Source: Macrostomum hystrix (Eukaryota > Animalia > Platyhelminthes). From it: DNA of 64,000 nt. Below, piece by piece: positions 1 through 13,000 of the stretch. The notes below the pieces were generated by a model. The model ran no database searches. It had not been told where the DNA came from and worked only from the letters and a program-made list of their open reading frames with translations. The translations under genes and the position numbers were made by a program. Where the stretch lies: positions 32,488,001 to 32,552,000 of the forward strand of contig CATNEN010000038.1 in NCBI GenBank assembly GCA_950097015.1, read 5' to 3'. The number at the start of each line of letters is the position of its first letter. Position 1 is the stretch's first letter.

Positions 1-326
1 GGGATGAACGTCACGCTGCTCATCTGCTTCTTCTTCTCCCGACTGCTTCTCGTCACCACTACAAGGATCGACAACGTCGCAGATCCCATCTTGTGTGAGT
101 TTTGCACCTATGGTTCACCTACCCACATTGTCCTTCTTTAGCAACCTCTCAAACATTTTCAGATTCGGTATTCGATCGAGTGGCCGCGTTCTTGGTTCAC
201 ATTCCGTATTTCACGAACTCGCTGTTCATTGCCGGTGTGTCGAGAAGCTTCTTCGAGTTCTATTTGCCCTGCATCCTGAGCTCGAAGCCAAGGCTGTCTG
301 AGACCAACAGTCAGAACACGTTTTGA
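1..326 (+). CDS. 3' end of rhodopsin-like 7TM receptor (paralog A; 5' part outside window)
   Basis: Exon 1..94 reads GMNVTLLICFFFSRLLLVTTTRIDNVADPIL, matching GMNITLFVCFFVSRVMLVATTQISSVEQPVA in the 5-6 kb gene. Intron 95..162 is GTGAGT...TTTCAG, phase 1, at the same position as in the paralogs. Exon 163..326 reads YSVFDRVAAFLVHIPYFTNSLFIAGVSRSFFEFYLPC...stop. Confidence 0.85.
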
Positions 327-1710
327 TTAAATAGGGAAGCTTGCTGCTTTAACCGGACCTTTTTCAAGGACGCTTCTGGTTTAAGCTGAGTAACTCTTTG
401 TGAAATAAATTTGCGGGACTAATCATTTAGTGCCCCGTACAGAAACAGAAGTTGATAAGCTTACTACTACGCTTACAAGTTCGTAAACGTTTCTTTGACA
501 CTTAAATTTTTGACGCACTAATACTTCTGTTTCGCACAACATTTCATTACATTTATTTTATTTTCGAGACTTATATTTCAGTCGGCAAAATTATTTTGTT
601 GACACTCAGTTTTGCAATGTCACAGGGGCCTAATCTCAAAAAGGAATAAGAATCTGATGACATTCTGCTGTTTAAAATTATGATAATTTAATGACAAGAG
701 GAATATTTTACATGCCGATTCAAGCCAGGAATAATGCAGTTACTACACTAGGAAATATTGGTGGCAACGAACTTCTATTGCCTAGGATTGCATGCTCGCT
801 TTTTGTTGTTATTGCTGTCGTCAATTGGTTTTTGTGGTTGTCATTTTGAGAGAGAACTTTGCTCTTGTTTTGTCATTTGCTCGTTGATAGAAATTCCATA
901 ATTCTGCGTTAAAAAGAAAATCCCTGTTAACAGCAGAATAACCACGAATGAGACACGATAAAATAACCGATGAAACAACTTCTAGAGTGACAAAACATGG
1001 ACATCATCGAGATATTCAACGATTCTTGCGGCAAAAACCATCAATATTGGCATAACTTTTCTACTCACAGAATTGTATCATGCTACCATCCATGTCGGCT
1101 ATCATTTATTGATCATATTGGCTTGGTTATATTGTTCATGCCGACTAGGGCGGCTTTGAAATTTAGTTTGTCATAAAGAGCGAAAGATGGAACTGAAGAT
1201 TCCGCATCTCAATCGGCTCAGAAATTTCTTCACATGCCGAGTGATCTTCCTGCCAGTGCTGGTCATTTTTTGAACCTCAAATAGATCATTCCTGAACTGC
1301 AGCTGTACTTGTCTTTTACGCAATCTGACTGTCTGGCTCATGCTATTCTCACAATATGCCTGCTGCAACTTTCGCAGAGTCCGCGAATATCTTGATTCGA
1401 TTAAGTATTGACTTTGAGCGTTTCTTAAAATCTGACGTCATTGACGTCTTGCTTTTGACTAGCCGATATGGGCGATTTTTAAATACTAAAAAACGTTTCT
1501 GTACTTAAAATTTTTGTGCGGTGAAGCATGCCAATCTAAATAGCATTCTAAAAACCTGAGACATGACCATAATCTGAAATTCAGTAAATACAGCGTCAAA
1601 CAAAAAGTCCCAAAAGTTTCCGTAGCCGAATAGTTTCTGTAGCCGAACTTTAAAAGGGATTTAGATAAATCAAAGCTCAAAAGAGGACTATGAAGTATTT
1701 ATGAAGTATT

Positions 1711-1790
1711 TGTGTTTTTGAGCACGACAATTATACTACCATAGTGCTTTAATTTACCCAGCTGTAAAACGGGCACCAGAATTCGCTTCT
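1711..1790 (+). mobile_element. Degenerate CORE-SINE-like fragment
   Basis: TGTGTTTTTGAGCACGAC...TTTACCCAGCTGTAAAACGGGCACC resembles the core of the SINE at 35655-35926 and the MIR/CORE domain. No tRNA head is visible. Confidence 0.4.
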
Positions 1791-3392
1791 TAAGATCACG
1801 TACTAATAGCTATACGCATTGTTCAGAAGTGATGCCGAGTAGCTTTAGCATGGCTACTGGCTGTACATCTTGCGAGCAACAATTTACAATGCAAACTTCT
1901 TATTACCCATGCGTTTCGTCCGACAATAGGACATCACCAAGTCGATTTAGTTAATAAAACTAGCAAATGGTTAAAGCTGGGATATCAATAACAAGATGAA
2001 ACACATCCAATAGAGTGAGTTTGAAGGCTTAAAACTTTTAGTGCACATCAGTTTCATTCCAGTGCGGTTATTAAAGTGACAAAATCGAAGTGTTCGCATC
2101 ACTGAATATTGGCAAAGTAATTTCGCTACTGTTTTGCGCCCACAATATTCGCCTTATCTGGCCGATCTCGTCTGTTTCTCTCTGGCCCATAAGTCTGAAG
2201 TTTGTTGCCTGCCCGGCCTCTTTGAGTGATACAAAGCGGCTGATGTTGGTATGGGCCATCCATTCTAGATTCCAAGGTTCCAGATACGGGCCAGCACCAT
2301 GCGTTTTGCTGCTTTCCCAAATGCTGCTTCGCCAGCGTGATTGGTCTGTAGGAAGTAAGCAGGGAGCCTCTCTGGGCCAGATCGACGCGTTTCGGCGTTT
2401 CAGTGACAGGTCCCATCTTTCTCCCCTCCTGAGAAGGCAGAACAAGTTGCTGCTGACGTCAAGTTGAAGCCGCATCCAGAAAGGCTCGTTGCTCTCTGTG
2501 TGGCGCTGGCTTGGTCTCTTACTCCATTGTTCTCATTGTACTTCGTTGCAGAGGGTAAGGGCAGTCGAGCAGGCTTGGGTCCAAAAGGGGCAGGATTTTT
2601 CGCTAGGGCTGCCAAAAGACCTTTTCGAAGGTCTCCTTCGGTCTTACAAGACATTCCTACCTTTAATGATAGTGGAAGCCAGGTGACTAGTGCGTTGATC
2701 CGGAAAACTCAAAACTCATAAAGTTTCTCTCTACAGATCATTGTCGCGTACGTTGTCGCGGGCGCTTTGATAGGCTTCAATGTCGTTCTTTTGCTTGCTG
2801 GCTTCAGCTTTCTTTCGAGCTGGGTATTTCAGACCAACTGCGGGCCCCACTGGGGATGCTAGCTGTGGCTGCTCTCAAGATGTCGTCACTGAGCCTATGG
2901 TGGTCGAAATCGACGCTGGGTCCTGACTTGCGGTTGCTCGGTTTTAAATTTGCATCTCAGTCATCCAATTTTTTAACTTCCTCCAGTCGGCCTTTTTGAA
3001 GCTCCAGCGCGTCTGGCATTTACGGTTCCGGCTCGCTGATGTCTTCGTCGGCCCGAAGAGCCGAGTCCAATGCCCGTTGTAGCTCGTAATTGAGTTACGC
3101 GACCAGGAGCTCTGGTTTGGGTTTCTTGACCCTTCTTTGTTGCCTTCTCGGTCGCTTCAATGGCTTTAATTCGAGAGCGGAGGCGTCCCTGCCCCTAAGA
3201 CGCATCTTGAGGTTTGCATAATTTTCGGTGGGTTCGCTCTGATGTTGTTAGCTGGCTCAGAATCCCTGAGAAACAGTTTGTCAGTGCTGGTGTAGATGCT
3301 CCGTCTGGGGGCTCTCATAGAAGGGGGCCACTTGCCACGTGGGGTGTGATGGCGCCCATCCGTCCGACCGTCCGGTCCCAAATATTAAACTA

Positions 3393-4354
3393 CCGGGTGG
3401 CCCATGCGTTTAAGGACAACCTTAAAAATAGAAGAAAGCAAAGCCAGCGGTAGCTAGAGCATAATGGTTTTGGTCATAGACAAAATAGTATCTATATAGT
3501 CTGTAGCTGCCGCGAAAATTTTCGGCAACTTAGCATTAGCCATGAATCGCGCTAAACGTTTGATGGTGGTAGACCAGCTCGCGCGGGGTATAAGCCCAGC
3601 ACAGATAGCAGAGAACCTCAATGTTGCAAGGTCGTTTGTTTACGCCGTCAAGAGCGACATTGAAGAAGTTGGAGCTGCTGCGGCAGTTGAAAGGAGACTC
3701 CAGCTCTGCTGCGGAGGAACACCGCTATATGCCTCGCCAGCAACATGCCAAAGGTGCCATGTTTCTCGGTGTCGTGGCTTCGGACGGCAGGGTGGCTCCC
3801 CCGATCTGGAGTGAAAATCAACTCAGCCGAGTACATCCGCATGCTGCAGGATCATGTACTGCCATGGATTCGACACAACTTTGCCCCAGGTACGTTTGTT
3901 TTTCAGCAGGACGGCGCTCCTGCCCACACGGCTGTCGCTACTCAAGAATTTCTTCGCCGGGAGCTCGGCGAGGACTTCTGGGATGCGACCACTTGGCCAC
4001 CATCGAGTCCAGACTGTTCCCCTCTCGATTACTTTGTGTGGAACAACGTGGCCCGCGTTGCATGTTTAACAACTTATGCTACCGTGGAGACTCTCCAAGT
4101 TGCTGTTAGTGCTGCCTGGTCAGCTCAGGGCCCTGCCGTCATCAGAGGTGCCTGTACCAAGTTTCGGTCTCGCATTGAAGCCGTGTATGCAGCGGAGGGG
4201 GGCTACATTGAGTAAATGTTATTTTTAGTTGCCATCTAGACATTATGGCGGTCAGTTAAAATGTTAAAGTTTTCGTTTGTTGGTTGTTTTTATATTAAAA
4301 ATGTATATACATTTGATCATTTTTAAGTTGTCCTTAAACGCATGGGCCACCCGG
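3393..4354 (+). mobile_element. Tc1/mariner (maT-like) DNA transposon, internally deleted
   Basis: Perfect 28-bp TIRs CCGGGTGGCCCATGCGTTTAAGGACAAC at 3393 and ending at 4354; TA target duplication at 3391-92 and 4355-56; transposase remnants inside. Confidence 0.95.
3542..4215 (+). pseudogene. Disrupted transposase
   Basis: An N-terminal HTH-like segment (GISPAQIAENLNVARSFVY) is joined by deletion and frameshifts to the catalytic C-terminal half (FQQDGAPAH...WPPSSPDCSPLDYFVW). The region with the first catalytic Asp is missing. Confidence 0.9.
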
Positions 4355-4960
4355 TATATGAGGTGCTGCTGCTCACGCTGGCCAGGCACCCTCTCGGTGT
4401 GGCCAGGCCTGAACTCGACGTTCCTGATGGCTGACGCTGAAACACCGGACTCTTCAAGGGGTGCAGATTTTTGCTTTGTGACAGCCTTTTCTCACCTGAT
4501 GGCGTATTTTTTGTTGTTGTTTTTAGTGTAGACCAAGAAACTATGAACCGCCCTGGACATGCCTAAAAGCATTTTTAGACATGTCAGTCCATGCAAATAA
4601 CGAGTTTGTTCATGCTTACAGTCAAAATCATGCTTTTACGTCAATGCATGTATAATCATTTTGTTTGCTAGTTAAACTACGAGTACGTATTAAAGTAATT
4701 TTCGCAGCAAAGAAAGAGCTGTAGAGAGTAAGTTTTTGGTGAATGCAATAGAAATCCAGCGGTATGCCCAAGCTTCTATTGAACGATCTTCTCAATCGTA
4801 TAGGCAACAAGGGCAAATAGAATACAGTCAATACGGTCAAAGAAACAAAGCTAGCTTGTCCAATGGTTAAGTCCGCACATTTTTTTGTTTTTTGACATTG
4901 CAATAAGATCCGGAACTCGAAATCGAGGCATCGCGACAAAAGTTTGACCTGCGGACGCCA

Positions 4961-6474
4961 CTAGCCGAGCTTGCTCTCCTCAATGGTCTTGTGGGTGACA
5001 GCTGAGTTTGTCTTCGCCTCCCTGTTGGCCAGGCAGGGCATGTAGAACTCGTAGAACTTACTGCTGAATCCGACGATAAATAGCGAGTTCATGAAGTAGG
5101 GAACATCAAACAGGTAAGTGGACAGGCGCTCCAAAACAGCATCTGAAGAGTTGAGGTCCAAGTTGCCAATTTTTATGGTTTGACAGATAATAAACAAATA
5201 ATCTACAACGACATTGAACTTGCTAAAATGAAGCATACATCGCCAAGTAAGAAGTTAAAGTACTGAAATACTTTTCACATTGACCTAAAAACGGTGTAAA
5301 CAAACATGCCCAGAAAAAAAATGTGCTTACATGCAACTGGCTGTTCTACAGAGCTGATCTGGGTAGTGGCGACTAGCATTACACGGGACACAAAGAAGCA
5401 GACGAACAGGGTGATGTTCATTCCGAGCAGCATGGCGGTGGCTCGCACTTCGGCTTTGCTGTCTCTGGCTTCTGAGGCGCTAAGTGACTTTCGATTCTTC
5501 TTCGCCTCAAACAGAACCAAAATAATGATGATGGATGACACTATGTTCGAGGCGCAAATTATGAAAACAACGCACAGCGTAAATACATAACCCCAATATA
5601 CCAAGTCTCGTGAAGTACCAACCACAATGTAGTCTGGAAAATTGCACTGACCGTAGTACAAGTCTAAACCGAAAACAGATACAGGAAATGGAACGCTAAA
5701 GGCTTGAATGGCCAGGACAGTGATTGTAATGGAAATGACTATTGAAACAAACACAGTTCCGGCGATCAGAAGGCGATCCACCCGTGTGGTCAGTGCCGCC
5801 TTCGCTCGAAGAGGAAACTTCACACAGTAGCAGCGAATCAAGGAGCTCACGGTGAGGGCTATTGGCGACAAGAAGATAGGGATGTACAGGAGAAAGAAGA
5901 ACACCTTGCAGAATGCATTTTGCAAGAACTCATCGTCTGGACTCCGCATGCCCCACATCAGGAAGTTGAAATTCAATCCAAAAGTATTATCATCACTAAA
6001 AGGGTTGACAGTTCTAAAGTCGACTGTGATGAGTTCGTACACCCGGTACAAGGTGCTGCCAATGTCAGCCCCCAGCACCAGAAGGAACCAGTTGCGGGCT
6101 GAACGGGAGTAACCCGAGTTGCCTCGAACCAGGAACACCACGGTGAGGATCTGCAGCAGCAGGCCCAGTGGGAAGCCGGCGCTCTTCATGATGCCCATTG
6201 CGAACTTCATCAGCGCAATTACTTCTCTGCGCAGTTGCAGCGAGAACTGATAACTAATTCGTTCGGGTGGCCATACGGTGGAGTTGACAATAGCGGAGCC
6301 CGTGCGGAATATTAGGAAGGCTGCAATTGCGAGGTTAGAGATTAAATTATTAAATTATGATCGGTTTGTAACTCAATGCTAAATACGATAAAACTATGTG
6401 CATTCCGATCGAGTTCAGAGAAATTGAGAACAGCCGGCCCACTCACCTGTCAAGTTACCATAGGAGAAAAACAT
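4961..6474 (-). CDS. Rhodopsin-like 7TM receptor (paralog B), 3 exons
   Basis: Exons 6474-6447 (MFFSYGNLT), 6320-5331 and 5142-4961, with GT-AG phase-1 junctions. Multiple hydrophobic segments, TM3 Cys (FCKV), DRY-position variant LIRCYCVKFPL, ECL2 Cys, N-terminal NxT sites. Confidence 0.88.
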
Positions 6475-6589
6475 TTTGAGATCGGTTTGACAATGCTCAA
6501 ATTTCTTCAGAAATTGCTGGACAAACTTGTTGCAGGCGTTCCGAATTCGCCAGCCCTTAAATCGAGCATCCAATGAAGCAGTACACCGA

Positions 6590-6700
6590 GTGGGCGGATT
6601 ACCAGAAGCCATTCAGCTTCACCTCCCTTTTTGTTGAGTTCTTTGTCCTGAGCAGCATGTTTCCGCTCTGCCTTCGCGGTCAAGTCTGAAATTTTGGGTG
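6590..6700 (-). mobile_element. Possible LINE ORF1 C-terminal relic
   Basis: ISDLTAKAERKHAAQDKELNKKGGEAEWLLVIR resembles the DLT...EL...GE..LVIR tail of CR1/L2-group ORF1. Recalled pattern only. Confidence 0.3.
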
Positions 6701-7178
6701 TGCCTGGCGTGCATTGCAATAAAATGGAAGCCCGTTAAGCGATAGTTTTATTAGTGATTGATGCTAATTAAATCTCTGTGATTGCGACAGGTATAGTTGG
6801 TGGACTGGCACACCCGTTAGGAGCGATTAGGAGCCACACCCATGAGGAAATATTTGTAGGCTTTTTCGCTTTTGACTGACCCACGCGCTTTCAACACCCA
6901 CAATGAGAAATAAACGCTCCGCTGGCTCTTCTTCCATCCAGCCGTGTAAGAAAGGATTTTTCTGCCCATGGCGTTTCTCAGCCGTAAATAAGTTAGGGCT
7001 GCTTAATAAGAGGTGCTTCAGCTGCGGGTCAATTCACAGGACTTGACCGGATCGGAGTGAGCTTATTTGTTCGAAGTTGAGACCCAGGAACTCGTGTACC
7101 CAGTGACACCGCATGCTCCGTACATGTGAATGCTTCATTCACAGGAAGTGTGTCAGATATCGGCTACCAACATATTAA

Positions 7179-7682
7179 CGGTAGGACTACCAAGCCGTTT
7201 TTCTCACCCGCTTTTATACCCCGTGAAAACTTTTTGACAGCGCCTGAATGCTAACAGCGTTAGCTGTGAAATTGGAGAAATTCACGCCAGGGTGTCCATC
7301 GTGGCCTATTTCCACCTGTTGTAGCACTTAAAGGTCCAGCAGTCCGTCAAGATAAAGGTTAGTGACCACCAAAGACGTAGATGATGCAGGCACAATCGAG
7401 TGACATGCCGATAAACTTTTGAAGGCTTGGAAAGGCCGCACTGAGGCTCAGTGCTACTTCGTGCTTATGGGGTGTATAAAATACACCAGCGCTTATGGGA
7501 AAAAATCGATTTTCGGCCAGAACCATTGATATATCTCGCCAGTCTGAAGAGCTGGTGACTTGATTATTGTTTCAGAAGATGCGCAACAAAAAGTTGGCTC
7601 GTGTTCTTGAGTTTCGTGTGCTTGCGTTTCTCCGTTCGGGTGCAGCACACAAAATTGTCTGCCCTCATTGGTAGTTCTATTG
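7179..7682. mobile_element. piggyBac-like MITE, copy 1
   Basis: TTAA on both sides (7175-78, 7683-86); imperfect TIRs CGGTAGGACTACCAA / TTGGTAGTTCTATTG; body homologous to 21037-21630 and 40081-40691. Confidence 0.85.
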
Positions 7683-7991
7683 TTAAGACAGTTTTAAGGT
7701 TGTACGTAAAAAATTATTAAATAAAAATAATATTTTTCTGTTGCATTATGTGACGAAATCCAAGGCAAAAACTACGAATTTTCCAGTTGATTGCTCGTTT
7801 CTGTGGTCGTTTTAGCATGCATCTTCTCTGAAGTAAAGCCATTTTTATAACTCATTCCGGGATTTGTTATATTACCGGCCAGTGGCAGCTCCCATAGACT
7901 TTTTTAGATTTAAAAAGGACCTTGTTAGCCATCGAGCAACAGCGGTCCAGGCTTGTCAAAAACGCTGGCTTCGCATTGTCTATTGAACTCT

Positions 7992-8222
7992 GGCTTGTGG
8001 TGCAATTTACGCCCTTGAGGGCCAAATTTTAAGTCATAATGAGAGTATACACTACCTGATGATGAGAAAGCCAGGGCAGATCATCATCAGGCCTGTTTGA
8101 GTGTGTGCCTAAATACAGTATCTGTGTGTGCGCGCGCTCTCAAGAGTCAGCGAAACATGTATAAGTGGCTCTCGGACCGACACCATAATGATGTACCTGC
8201 AACCCTCCTTCAAGTATTAATT
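7992..8222 (+). mobile_element. 5'-truncated, diverged copy of tRNA-derived SINE family 1
   Basis: Shares TTTACGCCCTTGAGGGCCAA, CCTGAYGATGAGAAAG and TACAGTATCTGTGTG...GAGTCAGCGAAA with 36443-36791 and 54569-54931. Confidence 0.7.
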
Positions 8223-10035
8223 TTTTCAAGGTCGTTCAGCCAATGTTCGACTAAAAATAGCTATTATTGACCACCAGTCAAATTACTGACGAGCAAACAT
8301 CTTAAACCCACAAGTCAAAGGCTTTAGTCAAAGATGGAATAGCTTCGCTCCATACACTCATCGTTGTTTGGCCACTGCATCTTTCTTGTCAACAGTTTGA
8401 TGACCTGGATAGGCATTCGGCAGCTGTGTGTCGTCTGGCGTCGCCAAAACCACACCAAAGGTACACATCGCGAATTTTACTCATTAATTAAAAAGCCTGC
8501 AACCATAGATGAGTGAGCCTGAGCGCGCAATTCAAAGTAAGTACTCCTAAATATTTAAACTCCGAATTTGCGGCAGTTGAGATCTAATCCATTCCCATCA
8601 CTTTAGAGTGAACATTCTCTTCATGGTATAGTATGCCAAAACATGTGCATATATTTTGCAATATTTGCACAACGACTGCGACGAACGTAGAACTGTCGTA
8701 ATAATCCGATAAACACTTCGATTGGTGTGCAAAATTGTGTATATAGTACTCAAAGTTTAATAGAGTTGTTGGAGTGAGTTAAGTCTGCTCTGTGACAGAT
8801 GGATTGGGCTACTCAAGGCCGAGTTGAAATTTAGGACGACTGTTGTTTTTTTCGCTGTCGTTGGTTGTCCATATTCACAACCTCCGGCTCAGCCACCTCG
8901 TCCGCCCCTTCGGCAGCTCCATCGTCTGACGACTTAACATTGGTATTCAAGATACTTGTAGATCGCTCCAGCGTTTTACTTATGGCAATCGAAACTGACC
9001 GATCGCGTCTTCTCGACAAGTAACGCCGGACAGTTGACTTGACCCTCTGCCCAGTAATAGTCATGATGTCGTCCAGCTTGTGTCCACAATGCGATCGAGA
9101 TCGACAACCGACAGTGGCGACAGCGGCATGCCCAGCACTTATCTGCCTTCTGCCGGGCGACGGCGAATCTGCCTAAAGCGAAGTCTTACTTCTCGAAGTG
9201 AGCGCCTGAAAGTTTGAACGCTCTGTCTGTCGTGCCGCAGCGAAGATGCCGGCGATCAACAGCTCTGTTTGCACGCGTCGCGCTACCTGTGGCTCTGAAC
9301 TTTTGCTACAGTCGTATAGTTGTGGACTGTGACCTTATAGAGTGCCGTGCTACTGCTCCGCCTAGACCAGCCAGCTTCCAACATGCCAATTGCACACCAT
9401 CGCTCGGCATCGCTCATTTTATGTTCCGCTTTGTTGCAGTTTTGTACCACATGCAGTACGGAGCGGTCACATTTTTAAGGGTCTTCATCTTCCCCTCCCT
9501 CAAAGAGCCCAACAGACACTTAGATTTTGTTTCGAAAAATCAGTCCCAGTGGCAGTTCATGAGCGTATTGGTGGGTGCCTGGCTCGCTCAGATCGGCGGG
9601 GGCCGCTGGTCCGCCTGGGGCCGCCTGAAGCTCTGCCGCCGGTACCGCTGTGTCAGCCCTGGTCGTCGCTTGCGCCGAGTCCACCAGCGGGTCGAACTGC
9701 TCTCTGGGCCGCGCGGGATGCGGCGTTCGGATCAGCCACAGCTGGTTCCATTTGGTGCCGTCGCTGAGCTCAAAGGTGTGGTGCCCCACCTGGCGCCACA
9801 GCGGAGCACTCCCAGTGGCTCCGAGAGGCGGGTGCTCAGATTACCCTTCTAGGTGGGGCCGTCGGATTCTCACTCGCCGGTGTGAAACGTCTCGGGGCGG
9901 GCCTGGCGTCGGTGTAGGCCTTGATCAGCTGCTGCCGCGTCTCGATCTGCTGCCGCAGTGACTGAGGCGTTGTCTCGATCTTCTTTCTCCCTTCTGTGGA
10001 CAGCATGGTGATTGCGGTGAGCAATCATGACCCAG

Positions 10036-13000
10036 TTTAAGACTAGCGTTTAGGTAGGCACGAAGCCCATGAGAGGCAGCCTAAGCTGACTGCAGGTTTA
10101 TATTTTAAAGCTTTTTAAAGCTTTAACTTAGCACGCACCCCAGCACGTTGCACGATGCACATGCGAGAACGTACACAGACGATAGCTTACATCACTCCCT
10201 CCCAAAAACGAACATAAATGAGGGATAAAATGTTAGCCAAAACGACTAACAGTTAATGAACGAATTAGCACTTAAATAAAAAAAATGTGCATGTAGCGCA
10301 ACAGTGAGGCAGGGCAAAACAGCGCTGATATTCGCTTAACAAAAAGAAAACCCAATAAGAATAAATGGGCTCAGTCAGTCAAGAAAACTAGTAAAAAGGT
10401 AACCTAAAACTGTGCGACTTAGAAATCAGGTGGTGTCCGAGTGCGTGCCGAGCGCCTCGGCTCAGCGGCAGGTGGTTCATCAAGCAGATCCGCCCAGGCC
10501 TGCCCGGATCGTCACAGGGGTTCTCCGGCCTGCTGTCATCTTCAGCAGGCTGCACCGGCACGGGCAGCGGACGTCTGCGCACAAAAACCTTCAGCCGGTC
10601 GTGGTGCACCACCGAGCTCGGTTTCCGCCAAGCGCGCTTGGAGATGCGGTAGGTGACCGGGCCCAGCCCTTCCAGCGCCAGCGCAGCGCCTTGGACTGGC
10701 CCTTGAGGATCGCTGGGTTGTGGAGAATTACCAACCGGCCGACTCGCAGAGTAGTGAAGTTCTGCCGCTTGTTGTACTGCCGCTTCGTAGAGGACTGCTA
10801 GAACCGCAGTCGCTCGTGCACAAGTTACAGGCCGGCTCGGGTGTCGGCCAGCACGTCAGAGTCGCCCCACTGATCGCCGGCAGCTGGCAGCCTCAGCTCC
10901 ATCGGGATCCGTGGGTTGCGGCCGTGAAGCACGGCGTACGAAGAGAGCCTGGTGGTCCGGTGCACGGAGGAGTTGTACGCCCAGATGACGAACGGCAGAT
11001 AGTGCGCCCGCTCCATGCAGTAGGCGGCCAGCATGTCGCCGAGAGTTCTGTTGAAGCGCTCGACCACCGGGTTGCCGCTCGGATGGAACGGTGTCGTCCT
11101 TGTCTTGCAAATGTCAAACAAGTGGCACAGCTCCTGGAAGAGTGCGCTCTCGAACTGACGGCCCTGACCGGAGTGGTTGACCTCCGGTGACCCGTGCCGC
11201 AGGATGACGCTCCGTAGCAGTGCCTCGGCCACCGTCGTTGCCTCGATTTTGGCGACCGCGACCGCCTCGACCCACTTGAAGAAGACGTCAGTGAAGCAGA
11301 CGATGTACCTGAGGCCGCTCTCGGTTACTGGCAAAGGTCCCTTGATGTCGACTTGCACTTGGACGTCCTCATTGACGGTCAGCCACCAGCCTCTGCCGGT
11401 GATCTTGGTCAACGTCCGCTCTGGCCCGAGGTAACCGCTGGCGGGATCGTCGTGCGCCAGTTTTAGCAACCCGAGCTGCTAGGTGACCCTACGTCAGCAC
11501 GTCCTGACGTAGTTGCAGCGGAATGAACTGCTGGCCGTTCCGCCTGATGACTCCGCGTCGAGCTTCAGATCTTTCGACTGCACTAGGTCTGCCGCTGCCT
11601 TTGCTGACTTGCATTGCCGAGGCTTCTGACCGGTCTGGTTGCGGGCTACATCTAGCACCGGGTCGTCTCTCTGGGCGCTGCTGATGTTGGCAGCCGATCA
11701 GGCCGGTGTCGGTCGAGTCGCCGCTGCTCGACTCAGCGCGTCTGCGAATATGTTGTCTCGGCCAGGTCTGTAGAGCAGCTGGAAATTAATCTACTGCAGG
11801 GCGGTGATCCACCTGGCTAGACGACCCTCTGGCTCCTTGGTGTTCAACAGGCCTTGCAGCGGTTTGTTGGCTGTGAAGACTTGGATGTTGCTTGCTGACG
11901 CCAGGTAGTTGCGGAAGTGCTTCATCGCCCACACGATCGCCAGCAGCTCTCGGTGTGTTGTCGAGTAGTTGCGCTCAGCTTTGTTCAGGACTCTCGAAGT
12001 GTAGGCAACGGGCCATTCGACACCGTCATGAAGCTGGCTCAGGACACCGGCGATGGCCACGCCGCTGCTGTCGCAGCTCGGCTGGAACTCCTTAGAGAAG
12101 TCGGGCAGCCGCAGAACCGATGGCGATGACAGCGCCGTCTTCAGCTTCTACAGGGCCAGCTCGCACTCTGCTGTCCAATCGAACTGACGCCCCTACTGCG
12201 TCGCCTGGTGGAGCGGGCTGCTGGCAAAGTGAGGCACAATCGCCGGTAGAATCCCAGCAGTCGGCGCACGTCCGACTAGTCGGCGCACGTCCTCAGCGCA
12301 TGTCGGAGTCGGGATGGCCTCGATAGCGCTGACCTTGTCCTGCGTTGGTCGAATGCCTTTAGCGGAGATGACGTGCCCTAAGTACTCGACCTCCTGGTAG
12401 CAGAAGCAGCTCTTGCGTTTGTTCAACTTGAGGTCAGCCGCCTGTAGCCTCTCCAGGACTTGCTCATGTGTCCGAAAGTGACTCTCGAACGTAGAGCTGA
12501 ATAGGATCAGGTCGTCCATGTAGGTTAGCACCTCCGACCAGTTCAAGCCGCACATCGTCAGCTCCATGAGCCGCTGGAAGGTTGCAGGCGCATTGCACAG
12601 GCCGAACCCGAGCTTCCTGTACTGCATCAGGCCTTGGGTGCTGTAGAAGGCGATCTTCTCTCGATCCTGCTCTCTGATATCGACCTGAAGGAAGCCTTGC
12701 CGAAGATCCAGCGTGCTGAACCAACTGCTACCCGCCAGCGCATCCAGCGCGACAGACAGCGGAGGCAGCGGGTATGCATCCTTGATAGTGCACGAGTTGA
12801 GGGCTCGCCAGTCTGTGCAGATTCGAATGTCATTGCTTTTCTTGCGCACAACGAGCAGGTTGCTGGCCCACGGGCTACACGACGGTTCAATGATGCCGTG
12901 ACGCCTCCGCCGCGCTGTCCTCCTCGCATGCCGATAGTCGCAACAGTCAGTGGACAGCTCCGTCAGTTGCTCCTGCATGCGCGCCAGCTGATCTGCCATC

